From an uncultured Verrucomicrobiota bacterium (GTDB taxonomy: Bacteria; Verrucomicrobiota; Kiritimatiellia; CAIQIC01; Lenti-01): a stretch of DNA of 64,000 bases. Shown here piece after piece: positions 24,542 through 35,900 of the stretch. The position numbers and the translations under genes were made by a program. The notes under the pieces were generated by a model. It was not told where the DNA came from. It saw nothing but the letters and a program-made list of their open reading frames with translations, and searched no databases. The stretch lies in assembly GCA_964393515.1 (NCBI GenBank), contig CAYMTY010000007.1, positions 15,710 to 79,709 of the forward strand. The letters run 5' to 3'. How positions within the stretch are numbered: position 1 is the first letter of the stretch; every line of letters starts with the position of its first letter.

Positions 24542-26074
24542 CTAGCGGATCGCGGCCTGGCGGAAGGCGGCGGGAAGGGCTTTCGCGATATCCTCGGCCT
24601 GCATGGCGATCTGGGTGTGCTGCAGCGCGGCCAAGTCCCCGGCGGTTCCGTGCAGCCAGACGGCGGCGCAGGCGGCTTCGAACGGATCGAGCTTCTGGGC
24701 CAGCAGGCCGGCCAGCAGGCCGGCCAGCACGTCGCCGCTGCCCCCGCAGGCCATGCCGGGATTGCCGTTGAGATTGATCCAGACAGGCCGGCCTTTCTTG
24801 GCCACGAGCGTGCCGGCTCCCTTCAGCACGACGATGGCCCCGGTGCGTTCCGCGGCCTCCTGGGCCGCCGCAATCCGGTCCTGCTGGACCCAAGCCGTGT
24901 TTTTGCCCAGCAGCGCGGCCAGTTCGCCGGCATGCGGAGTCAGGAGGACCGGCTGCGTGCAGGTCCGGAGGGTTTCCGGCCTGCCGGCCAGCAGCGCGAT
25001 GGCGTCCGCGTCCAGCACCAGCGGACACGGGATTTCCTGCACGAGGCGCGCCACGAGCCGGTCGGCCTCCGCATTGCGCCCCAGGCCGGGCCCGGCCAGG
25101 ATCGCGGTCATTCCCTCCAGCGGGATGTCCGCAGCCAGGTCGGCGCGGATGATCGCCCCGGGCGTGCGCCCGGCCAGGGCGGAAACGGCCGCAGGCGCGG
25201 CGGCCACCTGGATCAGGCCCACGCCGGAATGCAAGGCGCCCTCCGCGGCCAGCACGATGGCGCCCGGATACTGCGCCGAACCGCCCAGCAGCAGCCCCCG
25301 GCCGAAATGGCCCTTGTGGCTGGACCGGCGGCGGCGCGGCAGGAGCCGGTGGACATCCGGGGCGGAAATCCACTGCAGGTCGGGATCCGCCTCGGGAATC
25401 GCCTCGGCGAACTCCGCCGGCAGGCCGATCTCCGCCAGGCTCAACGAGCCCAGCGCCTCCCGGGCCGCGGCCGCGGCCATCCCCGCCTTGGGAAAACCCA
25501 TGGTGACCGTGAAATCGGCCTGAACCACCGCGCCGGCCGCTTCGCCGGTATCTGCGTTCATGCCGGAGGGAATGTCGGCAGAAACCACCAGGCTGGCGTC
25601 GCCCTGCCGGTTCAGGCATTCGATGGCGCGGTGGATCACGCCCGTCGGCGGACCTTTCGCGCCGGTGCCCAGCAGGCCGTCCACGAGGATCGGCACCGGG
25701 GCGGGTTCAATGGCTGACACCCAGTCCCGCTCGTGCGGCATTTCGCGGCAGGGAATTTCCAGGGCGACCGCCTGGTCGAAGAAATGCCGGGCGACGCCCT
25801 TGAGCTTGGCTACGGAACAGGCCATCCAGATTTCCGGCTTGAGGCCGCGGCCGGCCAGGTAGAGCGCCGCGGCGAAGGCATCCCCGCCGTTGTTGCCGGG
25901 CCCGGCCAGCAGGCGCACTCCGGCCCCCGGCTGGCCCGTTTGCCGGGCGATTCCAGCCACGCTGGCGGCGAGGCCCCGGCCCGCCCGGTCCATCATGGCC
26001 CGGTCCAGCGCCGGAAGTTTCAGGATGGCGCGCTTTTCGCCCTCCCGCATGCCGGCCGCCGTGACGAATTTCAT
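24542..26074 (-). CDS. nnr: Bifunctional NAD(P)HX epimerase/dehydratase (NnrE-NnrD)
   Basis: GPGNNGGD, DGLLGTG, DIPSG, SHKG, GPGLG, VLDADA, LTPHAGE, VLKG, GGSGDVLAG. Confidence 0.94.
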   Translation of the reverse strand: MKFVTAAGMREGEKRAILKLPALDRAMMDRAGRGLAASVAGIARQTGQPGAGVRLLAGPGNNGGDAFAAALYLAGRGLKPEIWMACSVAKLKGVARHFFDQAVALEIPCREMPHERDWVSAIEPAPVPILVDGLLGTGAKGPPTGVIHRAIECLNRQGDASLVVSADIPSGMNADTGEAAGAVVQADFTVTMGFPKAGMAAAAAREALGSLSLAEIGLPAEFAEAIPEADPDLQWISAPDVHRLLPRRRRSSHKGHFGRGLLLGGSAQYPGAIVLAAEGALHSGVGLIQVAAAPAAVSALAGRTPGAIIRADLAADIPLEGMTAILAGPGLGRNAEADRLVARLVQEIPCPLVLDADAIALLAGRPETLRTCTQPVLLTPHAGELAALLGKNTAWVQQDRIAAAQEAAERTGAIVVLKGAGTLVAKKGRPVWINLNGNPGMACGGSGDVLAGLLAGLLAQKLDPFEAACAAVWLHGTAGDLAALQHTQIAMQAEDIAKALPAAFRQAAIR

Positions 26075-26781
26075 TCGAGCAGGTCCTTCATTTCTCGCAC
26101 GGCCCGTTCCATGCCGACCATGACGGCGCGGGCGACAATGCTGTGGCCGATGTTCAGGGTGTCGAGATGCGGGACTGCTTTCAGGAAGGCCGACAGGTTG
26201 TCGTAGTTGAGGCCGTGGCCGGCGTTGATCTGCAGGCCGGCCCGGTGGCCGTGCTCGGCCGCCGCCGCGAGGCGTTCAAGCTCGGCCGCCTGCGCCGCGC
26301 CGCAGAGCTCGCAGTATTTTCCCGTGTGAAGTTCGACCACCGGCGCGCCGAGGGCCCGGGCCGCATCCAGCTGGCGGACGGCGGGCTCGATGAACAGGCT
26401 GACGCGGATGCCGGCGGCCCGTAGTTGCGTGACGGCGGGTTTCAGCGCGGCCAGCTGCCCGGCAGCGTCCAGCCCGCCCTCGGTGGTGAGTTCCTGCCGC
26501 CGCTCGGGCACGAGGCAGACCTCGGCGGGCCGGGCGCGCAGGGCGATCGCCACGATTTCCGGACAATTGGCCATTTCCAGGTTCAGGGGAACCTTCAGTG
26601 CCTGTCGCAGGGCGAACAGGTCGGCGTCCTGGATGTGGCGGCGGTCTTCGCGCAGGTGGATGGTGATGCCGTCGGCTCCGCCCTTTTCGCAGAGGGCCGC
26701 GGCCGCCAGCGGCGAGGGATACGCCGTGCCGCGCGCCTGGCGCAGCGTGGCGACGTGATCGATGTTGACGCCGAGCTTCAA
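26071..26781 (-). CDS. pdxJ: Pyridoxine 5'-phosphate synthase
   Basis: LGVNIDHVATLRQARG, ITIHLREDRRHI, LVPERRQELTTEGG, ELHTG, NAGHGL, NIGHSI. TTG start overlaps the stop of an upstream small ORF. Confidence 0.95.
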   Translation of the reverse strand: MKLGVNIDHVATLRQARGTAYPSPLAAAALCEKGGADGITIHLREDRRHIQDADLFALRQALKVPLNLEMANCPEIVAIALRARPAEVCLVPERRQELTTEGGLDAAGQLAALKPAVTQLRAAGIRVSLFIEPAVRQLDAARALGAPVVELHTGKYCELCGAAQAAELERLAAAAEHGHRAGLQINAGHGLNYDNLSAFLKAVPHLDTLNIGHSIVARAVMVGMERAVREMKDLLE

Positions 26782-26912
26782 AACGCGCCGCCTTCCGGCT
26801 TCCGCCAGGTGGCCGCCTCCGCCTTGCAGAACAACGCCAGGGCGGCCAGGACCGCAAAGGCTGCCCCCCCCGCGGCCAGGGTTAGAAGCAACTCGCGGAC
26901 ACATGCAGGCAT
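26778..26912 (-). CDS. 44-aa single-TM small protein (missed by ORF track)
   Basis: MPACVRELLLTLAAGGAAFAVLAALALFCKAEAATWRKPEGGAF*; GAGGA RBS; TGA overlaps the pdxJ TTG. Confidence 0.55.
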   Translation of the reverse strand: MPACVRELLLTLAAGGAAFAVLAALALFCKAEAATWRKPEGGAF

Positions 26913-26920
26913 GGCGTCCT

Positions 26921-28027
26921 CTACTGCAGCAGGGATTTCTCGTCGGCGCCGCCGAAGAAATGGGCCTGGTCGAGATCCAGCACGACCTCGACCGGATCGC
27001 CGATCTGCTTGCGGCAGGAGGGACGCACGCGCGCGGTGAAGCTGGACTTGCCCGTGCTGGCGTAGAGGTAAACCTCGGAACCCATCATTTCGACCACTTC
27101 GACGGTGGCCTGGATCACGCGGCCGGGATCAACATCCGGCCGGGCGGCGCGCTCATCGATGTTCTCGGGCCGGATGCCCATGGTGACGGCCTGCCCGTCC
27201 TGCGCCGCCAGCTTGGCCGCGGCCGGGGCGGGCAGCGCCACGCGGAACCGGTCCGCGTCGAACACGACGGTGTTGCCCTGGCGGACGATTCGGCCCGGGA
27301 AGAAATTCATCGGCGGGCTGCCGATGAAGCCGGCGACGAACTGGTTGGCGGGGCGGTTGTAGATGGCCAGCGGCGTGTCCACCTGCTGGATCCAGCCGTC
27401 CTTCATCACCACGATCCGGTCGCCCATCGTCATGGCCTCGATCTGGTCGTGGGTCACGTAGATCATCGTGCTCTTGAGGCGGTTGTGCAGCTTGCTAATC
27501 TCCGCGCGCATCTGCACCCGCATCTTGGCGTCCAGGTTGGACAGCGGCTCGTCGAACAGGAACGCCTTGGGCTTGCGGACGATGGCGCGGCCGACCGCCA
27601 CGCGCTGGCGCTGGCCGCCCGAGAGCGCCTTGGGCTTGCGCTCGAGATAGTCCACGATGCCGAGGATCTCGGCGGCTTCCATCACGCGCTTATGGATTTC
27701 GGCCTTGGGGTACTTGCGCAGCTTCAGGCCGAAGGCCATGTTGTTGTACACGCTCATGTGGGGATAGAGCGCGTAGTTCTGGAACACCATGGCGATGTCG
27801 CGGTCCTTCGGCGGGATGTCGTTGACCTTCTTGCCGTCGATGTAGATCGCCCCCTGGCTGATGTCCTCGAGGCCGGCGACCATGCGCAGGGTCGTGGACT
27901 TCCCGCAGCCAGAGGGGCCGACCAGCACGACGAATTCCTGGTCCTGGATCTCCAGGTTCGCATCGTGCACGGCGGTCACGTCGCCGGGGTAGATTTTATA
28001 GACGTTTTCGAGGACGACCTTGGCCAT
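26921..28027 (-). CDS. Sugar ABC transporter ATP-binding protein (MalK/UgpC-like)
   Basis: GPSGCGKS, MVFQNYALYPHM, LSGGQRQR, LFDEPLSNLDAKMR, YVTHDQIEAM, GSPPMN, TOBE-like C-terminus. Confidence 0.95.
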   Translation of the reverse strand: MAKVVLENVYKIYPGDVTAVHDANLEIQDQEFVVLVGPSGCGKSTTLRMVAGLEDISQGAIYIDGKKVNDIPPKDRDIAMVFQNYALYPHMSVYNNMAFGLKLRKYPKAEIHKRVMEAAEILGIVDYLERKPKALSGGQRQRVAVGRAIVRKPKAFLFDEPLSNLDAKMRVQMRAEISKLHNRLKSTMIYVTHDQIEAMTMGDRIVVMKDGWIQQVDTPLAIYNRPANQFVAGFIGSPPMNFFPGRIVRQGNTVVFDADRFRVALPAPAAAKLAAQDGQAVTMGIRPENIDERAARPDVDPGRVIQATVEVVEMMGSEVYLYASTGKSSFTARVRPSCRKQIGDPVEVVLDLDQAHFFGGADEKSLLQ

Positions 28028-28115
28028 GGAACGCTCCTTGCCGCGCGCTGGAAGTACCCGCGTATGGACCCTGTTTCTAGCATCCGGCGGAAGGGCCTGT
28101 CAAAACAAACCCCGC

Positions 28116-28144
28116 TTGAATTGGCGGCCGGCCTGCCCCATACT
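28116..28144 (+). promoter_or_regulatory. Sigma-70-type promoter, probably leaderless
   Basis: TTGAAT-N17-CATACT, then 6 nt to ATG 28151. Confidence 0.5.
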
Positions 28145-28150
28145 GCGCCC

Positions 28151-29137
28151 ATGACAACATCTCCAGCCAGCGTGTCGGTGGTCGTTCCGGTCTACAACGA
28201 GGAAGCCAATGTCCCGGACCTCGCCCGCCGCCTCCACGCGGCGCTCGCCGCCATCGGGCGGACCTACGAGATCATCCTGGTGGACGACGGCTCGCGCGAC
28301 GCCACCTGGGCGCGCCTCAAGGAGGCCGCGGCGGCCTGGCCGCGCTTCCGGCTCATCCGCTTCCGCCGCAACTTCGGCCAGACCGCCGCCATGTCCGCCG
28401 GCATCGATGCGGCGCGGCACGATGTGATCGTGACCCTCGACGCCGACCTGCAGAACGACCCCGCCGACATCCCCCTGCTCCTCGCCGAGATGGAAAAGAA
28501 CCACTCCGCCGTGGTGTCCGGCTGGCGCAAGGACCGCAAGGACCCGTTCCTGAACCGGCGGCTGCCCTCCATGCTCGCCAACGGGCTCATTTCGCGCATC
28601 ACCGGCGTGCAGCTGCACGACTACGGCTGCACGCTCAAGGCCTATCGCCGCGAGGTGCTGCAGGGCGTGCGCCTCTACGGCGAAATGCACCGTTTCATCC
28701 CGGCCCTGTGCTCATGGGTTGGCGGCGACATCGCCGAGGTGGTCGTCACCCATCATCCGCGCCGGGCGGGCCAATCCAAGTACGGCATCGGGCGCACCTT
28801 CCGGGTTATCCTCGATTTGTTCACGGTGAAGTTCCTGCTGCGGTTCACGGGCGGCCCCATGCAGCTCTTCGGCAAGATCGCCTTCGTCTTCGGGGGCGCG
28901 GCCGCGCTGATGCTGGGCGTGGTGGTCTTCGACCAGTTCGTCCACCTGGGCGGCGGGGAAAGCCTGTACCTGATCAAGCGGCCCTTCTGGGTCATCACGC
29001 CGTTCATGCTGCTGGCGTTCTGCATGCAGTTCCTCTCGATGGGCCTGCTGGCGGAGGTCCAGATCCGCACCTACCACGAGTCGCAGAACAAGCCCATCTA
29101 CACGGTCCGCGAGACGTTCGACTCTCCCGGCGTCTGA
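28151..29137 (+). CDS. Glycosyltransferase family 2 (ArnC/DPM1-like polyprenol-phosphate glycosyltransferase)
   Basis: SVVVPVYNE, VDDGSRD, RRNFGQTAA, LDADLQNDP, DYGCTLKAYR, HRFIP, two C-terminal TM segments. Confidence 0.92.
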   Translation: MTTSPASVSVVVPVYNEEANVPDLARRLHAALAAIGRTYEIILVDDGSRDATWARLKEAAAAWPRFRLIRFRRNFGQTAAMSAGIDAARHDVIVTLDADLQNDPADIPLLLAEMEKNHSAVVSGWRKDRKDPFLNRRLPSMLANGLISRITGVQLHDYGCTLKAYRREVLQGVRLYGEMHRFIPALCSWVGGDIAEVVVTHHPRRAGQSKYGIGRTFRVILDLFTVKFLLRFTGGPMQLFGKIAFVFGGAAALMLGVVVFDQFVHLGGGESLYLIKRPFWVITPFMLLAFCMQFLSMGLLAEVQIRTYHESQNKPIYTVRETFDSPGV

Positions 29138-29943
29138 TGCCCCCCCCCGAAAGCCTCCACCTGTTTGTTCCGGTTGCCGCTGCGATGGCGCTGCTGCTGG
29201 TGGGCGGGGTGGCCGCGCTCGTCCACCTGGGACGGGGCGGTCCGGCGGACGCCGCGCCGTGGCGGCTCCAACTGGCGCGTTTCGCCGCCGCCAGCCCTTG
29301 GCGGCGGGGCGACCTGGCGGCCCTGCTGGCGCTGCTGGCCCTCGCACAGCTCCTTCGCTCACGCCTCCCGGGATCCCTCACCGCGCACGTGCTGGCCTTT
29401 CAGGGCGTCGTGCTGGCCGGAGTGCTTTGGCGCGCGCGCCGCAAGACGCGGCCCTTTGGCGACCGCCTCCCCCTGCGCACCGTTGCGGGACAAGCGCTCC
29501 TTCGCTGGCTGGCGATCCTGCCGGTTCTCTGGTTTTCCGCCTTCGTTTCGCAGCTCCTGCTGGATGCCTGGGGACATCCGGCCGGCTTCCAGGAGGCCAT
29601 CCGGTATTTTCTGGAAAGCTCCGACACCCGCCAGCGGTCGGCGCTCGTGCTGTTTGCGGTCGGCGTGGCGCCGGTGGCCGAGGAGCTGCTGTTCCGGGGC
29701 GTCCTGCTGCCGCTGCTGGTCCGCGGCGCGGGCGCGGCAGCCGGCCTGGCGCTGACGGCCATCGGCTTCGCAGCCCTGCACGGGCACCTCGGCACCTTCG
29801 TGCCGCTGGCGGCGATCTCCGTCGCCCTCTCGCTGGCCTACGCGCGCACCGGGTCGCTCCTCGTGCCCATGGCGATGCACGCCCTGTTCAACGGGGTCAA
29901 CCTCGCCCTGCTGGGCGTACTGGTCCGCGCCGGCGTGGTGTAA
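29137..29943 (+). CDS. CPBP (CAAX/Abi) intramembrane metalloprotease
   Basis: APVAEELLFRG, FAALH, AMHALFN; start overlaps the GT2 stop. Confidence 0.88.
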   Translation: MPPPESLHLFVPVAAAMALLLVGGVAALVHLGRGGPADAAPWRLQLARFAAASPWRRGDLAALLALLALAQLLRSRLPGSLTAHVLAFQGVVLAGVLWRARRKTRPFGDRLPLRTVAGQALLRWLAILPVLWFSAFVSQLLLDAWGHPAGFQEAIRYFLESSDTRQRSALVLFAVGVAPVAEELLFRGVLLPLLVRGAGAAAGLALTAIGFAALHGHLGTFVPLAAISVALSLAYARTGSLLVPMAMHALFNGVNLALLGVLVRAGVV

Positions 29944-29969
29944 TCACTTTCACCAAGAGATCGCCGCCG

Positions 29970-32900
29970 TCAAGGGCGGGTCACCTTCAGTCGCAGGAAT
30001 CGGTTTGAAAGCAGGGGCAAGACATCCTGCACATAACAAGTGACCGGATTGCCGGAGCCGCTCTCCGTCACATTTGAGGCCCCCCCCCAAGACCCATTGA
30101 TGTTGGTGGCAAGACCGGACCAGATTGTTCCGTTCGAGATCGCATGTGCACCCTGCACAATCAGGGTGGCATCATCCACATCGGTATTTCGATGAAAAAC
30201 GAGGACCGGCAGGCCATTGCTCCGGGTGCCACTTACCCGGGCGATATCGTCCGTATTCGTTGGACTGCTGCCGGTGGCATATTTCAACAGGTTGGGATAT
30301 CCATCGCCTGTTGCGCAATCGGTGTAATTAGACAATCCGTTCGTGATGCGGCTGGCCCAGGCCCAATAGCCGGCCGGCGCGGATCCTTCGCCTTGGTACT
30401 CATAGGCACCCATGTCCACCGTGCTGTTCACGATGCGTGGATTTCCGTCCAGGTCGGTTGTGCCATTCACATAGACATTGGTGCCTTGGTCGAGGCACGG
30501 GGAATTCGTGCTCAACCGGTAGTTGCCCGCTCCTGTATTCACGAACAACGGATTGTTGGTGATATTCCGCGTGCCGCCAGGGTCAGGAGTTGTGCAACTG
30601 GATACGAGCCAAGAAGCCTGATAATTCGCTCCGGTCGGGGCCGTGTTGAAATACACGATGCAGTTGTTCAGCCGGCCCGTGAACGAACCCCCGCCGCTAC
30701 CGCCCGCCACGTTGTCCGTAAGCGTGCAGTTGTTCAACGTTCCGTAACTTGATCCCCCGCCGTTGGTCAAGGCCGTGTTGCCGACCAGCAAGCTGTTGTT
30801 CAGCGTGCTGTCATATGCCCCGCCACCGGAGTTGAATGCCGAGTTGCCTGTCAGCCGGCAGCTGCTCAGCGTGCCGTAGTACGACCCGCCGCCGATGTTT
30901 GAGGACAAGTTGTCGGCGACAATGCAGTTGTTCAGAGTGCCGCTGTTAGCCCCGCCGCCGTAGCGGGCTGTATTGTTGGTCAGCGTGCAATTGTTCAGAG
31001 TGCTGCTGGCAACTCCGCCGCCATGGTAAGACGAATTGCCGACCAGCATGCAGTTGTTCAGCGTGGCGTAATATGTTCCGCCACCATAGCTATTATTACC
31101 ATATGCAGAATTTCCGGTTAACGTGCAGTTGTTCAGCGTACCGCCATAGGAGCCGCCGCCATAGTCGGACCGATTGCCGGTCAATGAGCAATTCTGCAGC
31201 GTTCCATAGCTTGAGCCGCCACCATAGCGATACGCCGCATTCCCAACCAGCGTACAATTGCTCAACATCCCGGAAGCCTCGCACCATGCGCCGCCTCCGC
31301 TACTGTCGTAATTCGGCTCGTAAACCGCCCGGGTGGCGCCGTTGGTCAGCGTGAAGCCCGAGAGCACCGCGTTGGTTCCCACATAGACGCAGCGCACCGC
31401 CGCGTTGCCATTGGTTTCGCCCGGATGCCGGGCGCCCCGAATGATCGTCGCGCCGGGACCGTTGACGCTACGCACCAGGATGGGCTTGGTAATTGCCACG
31501 CGGTTGGTCAGGGCACCTTGGACTACGCGCCCACCCGTGGCATACACCCCGTTGCTCACCAAAACCAGCGCCCCGGGCTGCGACGCTGCATCCACCGCGT
31601 CCTGGATGTTCGTGGCCGCCGTGGCCCACGAGGTAAACGGCGAGGAAGGAGTCGCATTACCAATGTTCACATAATGGACGGACTGTGTTGCCACCTGTAC
31701 CGTCACCGTGGCCGCCACGCCCGAGGGGTGGGTTTCATTATAAGCCCGGAGCACGACGGCATACGTCCCGGCCGACACAAAGGCATGGGCGACAAACGGC
31801 TGGTTGCTGGCAACCGCAGATCCACCCGCCCAGTGCCACGTGCTTCTCGTCGTCCGCCCGATGATGTCCGCCCGGAATTGAATGGGGAACCCGACCGCCG
31901 CATTCGTGGGAACTGCCCAGATGCTGACGCTCAGTGCGCCTGTGATCGCCCCGGCATGCACCTCGTCACAGCCCATGGAGGGCGGATTGCGCCACGCCTC
32001 TCCGTCGATGTCGGTTCCCGTCGTATTGGCACTGCTTCCCGCCCCGATGCAGGGTGAATTGGTCGCCAGATGCGAAGGGCTTGCCAATACCGGCTCATTG
32101 GTGATATTGCCCGCGCCTCCGCTTGGCGCAGGAGTCGTGCAAGTATAGTTGAACGTTCCGCCACTGAAATTTGGATTGTCCCCGGCGGTGTTGAAATACA
32201 CAATGCAGTTGTTTCGCGTACCGGAATACGAGCCACCGCCGGTATATGAGGCTGAATTTCCAGAGATCGTGCAGTTGTTCAACGTTCCGTTATACGACCC
32301 TCCTCCATTGGTGGAAGCTGAATTGCCAAAGATGGCACAGTTGTTCAGGGTGCCGTAGTACGAGCCTCCGCCTTGGGCGGCTGAATTGCCGGTGATCGTA
32401 CAGTTGTTCAATGTGCCGTTATTCGCCCCGCCACCGGCGAGTCCGGCCGAATTGCCGTTCAGCCTGCAATTCTGCAACGTGCCATAGGACGAGCCCCCGC
32501 CGTTGCCATTGGTGGCTGAATTGCCGGTGAGCGTGCAGTTGTTCAGCGTGCCATAGTATGTCCCACCACCAGAACTGGAATACCCATTTGCAGAATTGCC
32601 GGAGATCGTGCAGTTGTTCAGCGTGCCATAGTAGGCGCCGCCACCCGAGGCGTAATTGCTATATGTCGAATTGCCAGACAGTGTGCAGTTATTCAGTGTG
32701 CTGTAAGCGACTCCCCCGCCATTGGTCGCAGCCAAGTTCCCGGCCACCATGCAGTTGTCCAACATTCCATTGAACACGCCGCCACCGGCGGAACTGGCCG
32801 CGTTGCCCGCCACGATGCAGTTGCTTACGGCGCCGTAAACCTCGCACCAAACCCCGCCGCCGCTTTGTTCGCGAAGGATATCGCCGCTCGCCCGGGTGGC

Positions 32901-35900
32901 GCCGTTGGTCAGCGTGAAGCCCGAGAGCAGCGCGTTGGTTCCCAAATAGACGCAACGCACCGCCGCGTTGCCGTTGGTCGCGCCCGGATGTCGCGCCCCC
33001 TGGATGATCGTCGCGCCGGGGCCGTTGACGCTGCGCACCATGACAGGCTTGGAGATGGCCACCCGATTGGTCATGCTGCCATGGACCACGCGTCCGCCTG
33101 TGGCATACACCCCGTTGCTGACCAGGACCAAGGCGCCAGGCTGCAAGGTCGCATCGATGGCGTCCTGGATGTTCGTCGCCGCCGTGGTCCACGAGGTAAA
33201 CGGCGAGGATGGAGTCACATTGCCGATGTTCACGTAATGGACCGCCTGCGCCGCCACCTGCACCGTCACCGTAGCCGCCACCCCAAGAGGATAGGTTTCG
33301 TTGTAGGCTCGAAGCACGACGGCATACGTCCCGGCCGTCGCAAAGGCGTGGGAGACATACGGCTGGTTGCTGGCGACTGCGGATCCATCCCCCCATTGCC
33401 ATGCGCTCGCCGTCGTCCGCCCGGCAATGTTCGCCCGGAATTGAACGGGGAAGCCCACGGCCGCATTCGTAAGGGCCGCCCAAATGCCAACGCTTAATGT
33501 CCCGGTGACCGAGCCGGCCACTATTTCGTCGCACCCCATGGAGGGCGGATTCTGCCACGCCTCCCCGTCGATGTCGGTTCCCACAGCATTGGTACTATGG
33601 CCCGCACCGATGCACGGTGAACCGATTGCCAGATGGGATGCGCTTGCCAGCCGGGGTTCATTGGCGATATTGCCCGTTCCACCCGGCGCAGGAGTCGCGC
33701 AACTGTAGTTGAACGATCCGCCCATGTAATTTGGCCCGTTCAGCGCCGTGTTGTAATATGCAATGGAGTTCTGCAACGTGCCATAATACGAGCCGCCGCC
33801 GTTGTCGCCCGCCAAATTGCCGGTCAGCGTGCAATTTTTCAGCGTGCCAAAATACGAGCCGCCGCCGTTGGTGGCGGCCGTATTGCCGAAAATTGCACAG
33901 TTGTTCGGCGAGCCATAATACACTCCGCCGCCCGAACCTGCTGCATTGCCGGAGATCGTACAATTACTCAGAGCGCCGTAATAGGACCCGCCGCCAAAGG
34001 CGCCGGCCGCATTGCCGGAGATCGTACAATTGCTCAATATACCGTTATACGCCCCGCCACCGGAATAGGCCGCCAAATTGCCCGAGATGGTGCAGTTGTT
34101 CAGCCGGCCGGTATACGATCCGCCACCGGAGAGGCGCGCCGAATTGTTCGTCAAGAGGCAGTTATTGAGCGTTCCGGCATACGAACCGCCGCCGTTAGTG
34201 GCCGAATTGCCGGCCAGGATGCAGTCCGTCAGCGTGCCGTAATAGGATCCGCCGCCGTTGGTGGCGACATTGGCAGTCAAAGTGCAGTTGCTCAACGTAG
34301 AGTCACACGCCCCGCCGCCGGCGCTGGTGGCCGAATTGCCGGTTAACGCACAGTTGTCCAAGGTGCCGTAATAGATCCCGCCACCTAACCAAGCCGAATT
34401 GTCGTTCAACGCACAATCAATCATGACACTATGGCTGGATCCGCCCCCAAGATAAGCAGAATTACCGGTCACCGTGCAGTTGCTCAACGTGCCATAGTAC
34501 GAACCCCCACCGTAGTTGTTGGGGGCCGAATTGGCGGAGATCGAGCAATTATTCAGCGTTGAATAATAGGCCCCGCCGCCATAGGAGGCCGAATTGCCGA
34601 CAAGCGTGCAGTTGTTCAAAGTGCCATAGCAGGCGCCGCCTCCATAGCGGTAGGCCGAATTGCCGGAAATGACGCAATTGCTCAACACTCCGGAAGCCTC
34701 GCACCACGCGCCGCCGCCATCGCATTCTGGCCAGTCGCCGTAGTATATGTTAAGAGCGGTTGCGCCATTGGTCAGCGTGAAGCCCGATAGCATGGCATTG
34801 TCCCCGACAACGGCGCAACGCACCGCCGCGTTGCCGTTGGTTGTGATTGGATGCCATGCACCTTGGATGATCGTCGCGCCAGGCCCGTTGACACTGCGCA
34901 CCACGATGGCGTTGGTAATCACCACGCGGTTGGTCAAGCCCCCATGAACCACCCGTCCTCCCGTGGCATAGATTCCGTTACTGACCAGGATCAAGGCGCC
35001 CGGTTGCGAGGCCGCATCCACCGCGTCTTGGATGTTTGTCGCTGCCGTGGCCCACGTCGCAAACGGCGCGGAAGGCGCTGCATTGCCGATATCCACATAG
35101 TGGACCGCCTGCGCCGCCACCTGCACTGTTACCGTAGCCGCCACGCCAAGGGGATAAGTAGCATTATAAGCACGCAAGACCACGGCATAGGTACCGGCTG
35201 TCGCATAGGCATGTGTGGTAAACGGCTGGTTGCTGGAAACTGCCGCCCCATCCCCCCACTGCCAGACGGTTCCCGTCGGTCGGCCCGTGACGTCCGCCCG
35301 GAATTGAATGGGAAAGCCCACCGCCACATTCGTGGGTGCGGCCCAGATGCTGACGCCCAAGGCCCCCGTGATCGAACCGGCATGCACTTCGTCGCAACCC
35401 ATGGAAGGCGGATTGAGCCAAGCCTCCCCGTCGATGTCGGTCCCAGCCGCATTCGTACGGTTTCCGGCACCTATACATGGCGAGTCCGCCAGAAGATGGG
35501 AGGCGCTCGCCAAACGGGGATCGGCGGTGATGTTGCCGGGCCTGCCACTATACGCCGGCGTCGCACAACTGTAGCCGAGGATGGAGCCGGAGTAATTCGG
35601 CCCTTCCTGCGCCTGATTGTGATAGACAATGCAGTTGGTCAACGTTCCGTCGTACGAACCGCCACCTTGATTAGCCCGGTTGCCGCCCAAAGTGCAGTTG
35701 ATCAGCGTGCCTTGGTATGACCCGCCGCCATATTGGGCGGCATTGCCGGCCAACGCGCAGTTTCTCAACGTGCTTTGAAAAACGCCGCCGCCATTGGTCG
35801 CGGCCGAATTGCCGGTGAGCGTGCAGTTGTTCAGCGTGCCGTAGTACGACCCGCCGCCGGAGTTGGTTGCCGAATTGTTTAACAGTGCGCAGTTGCCTAG

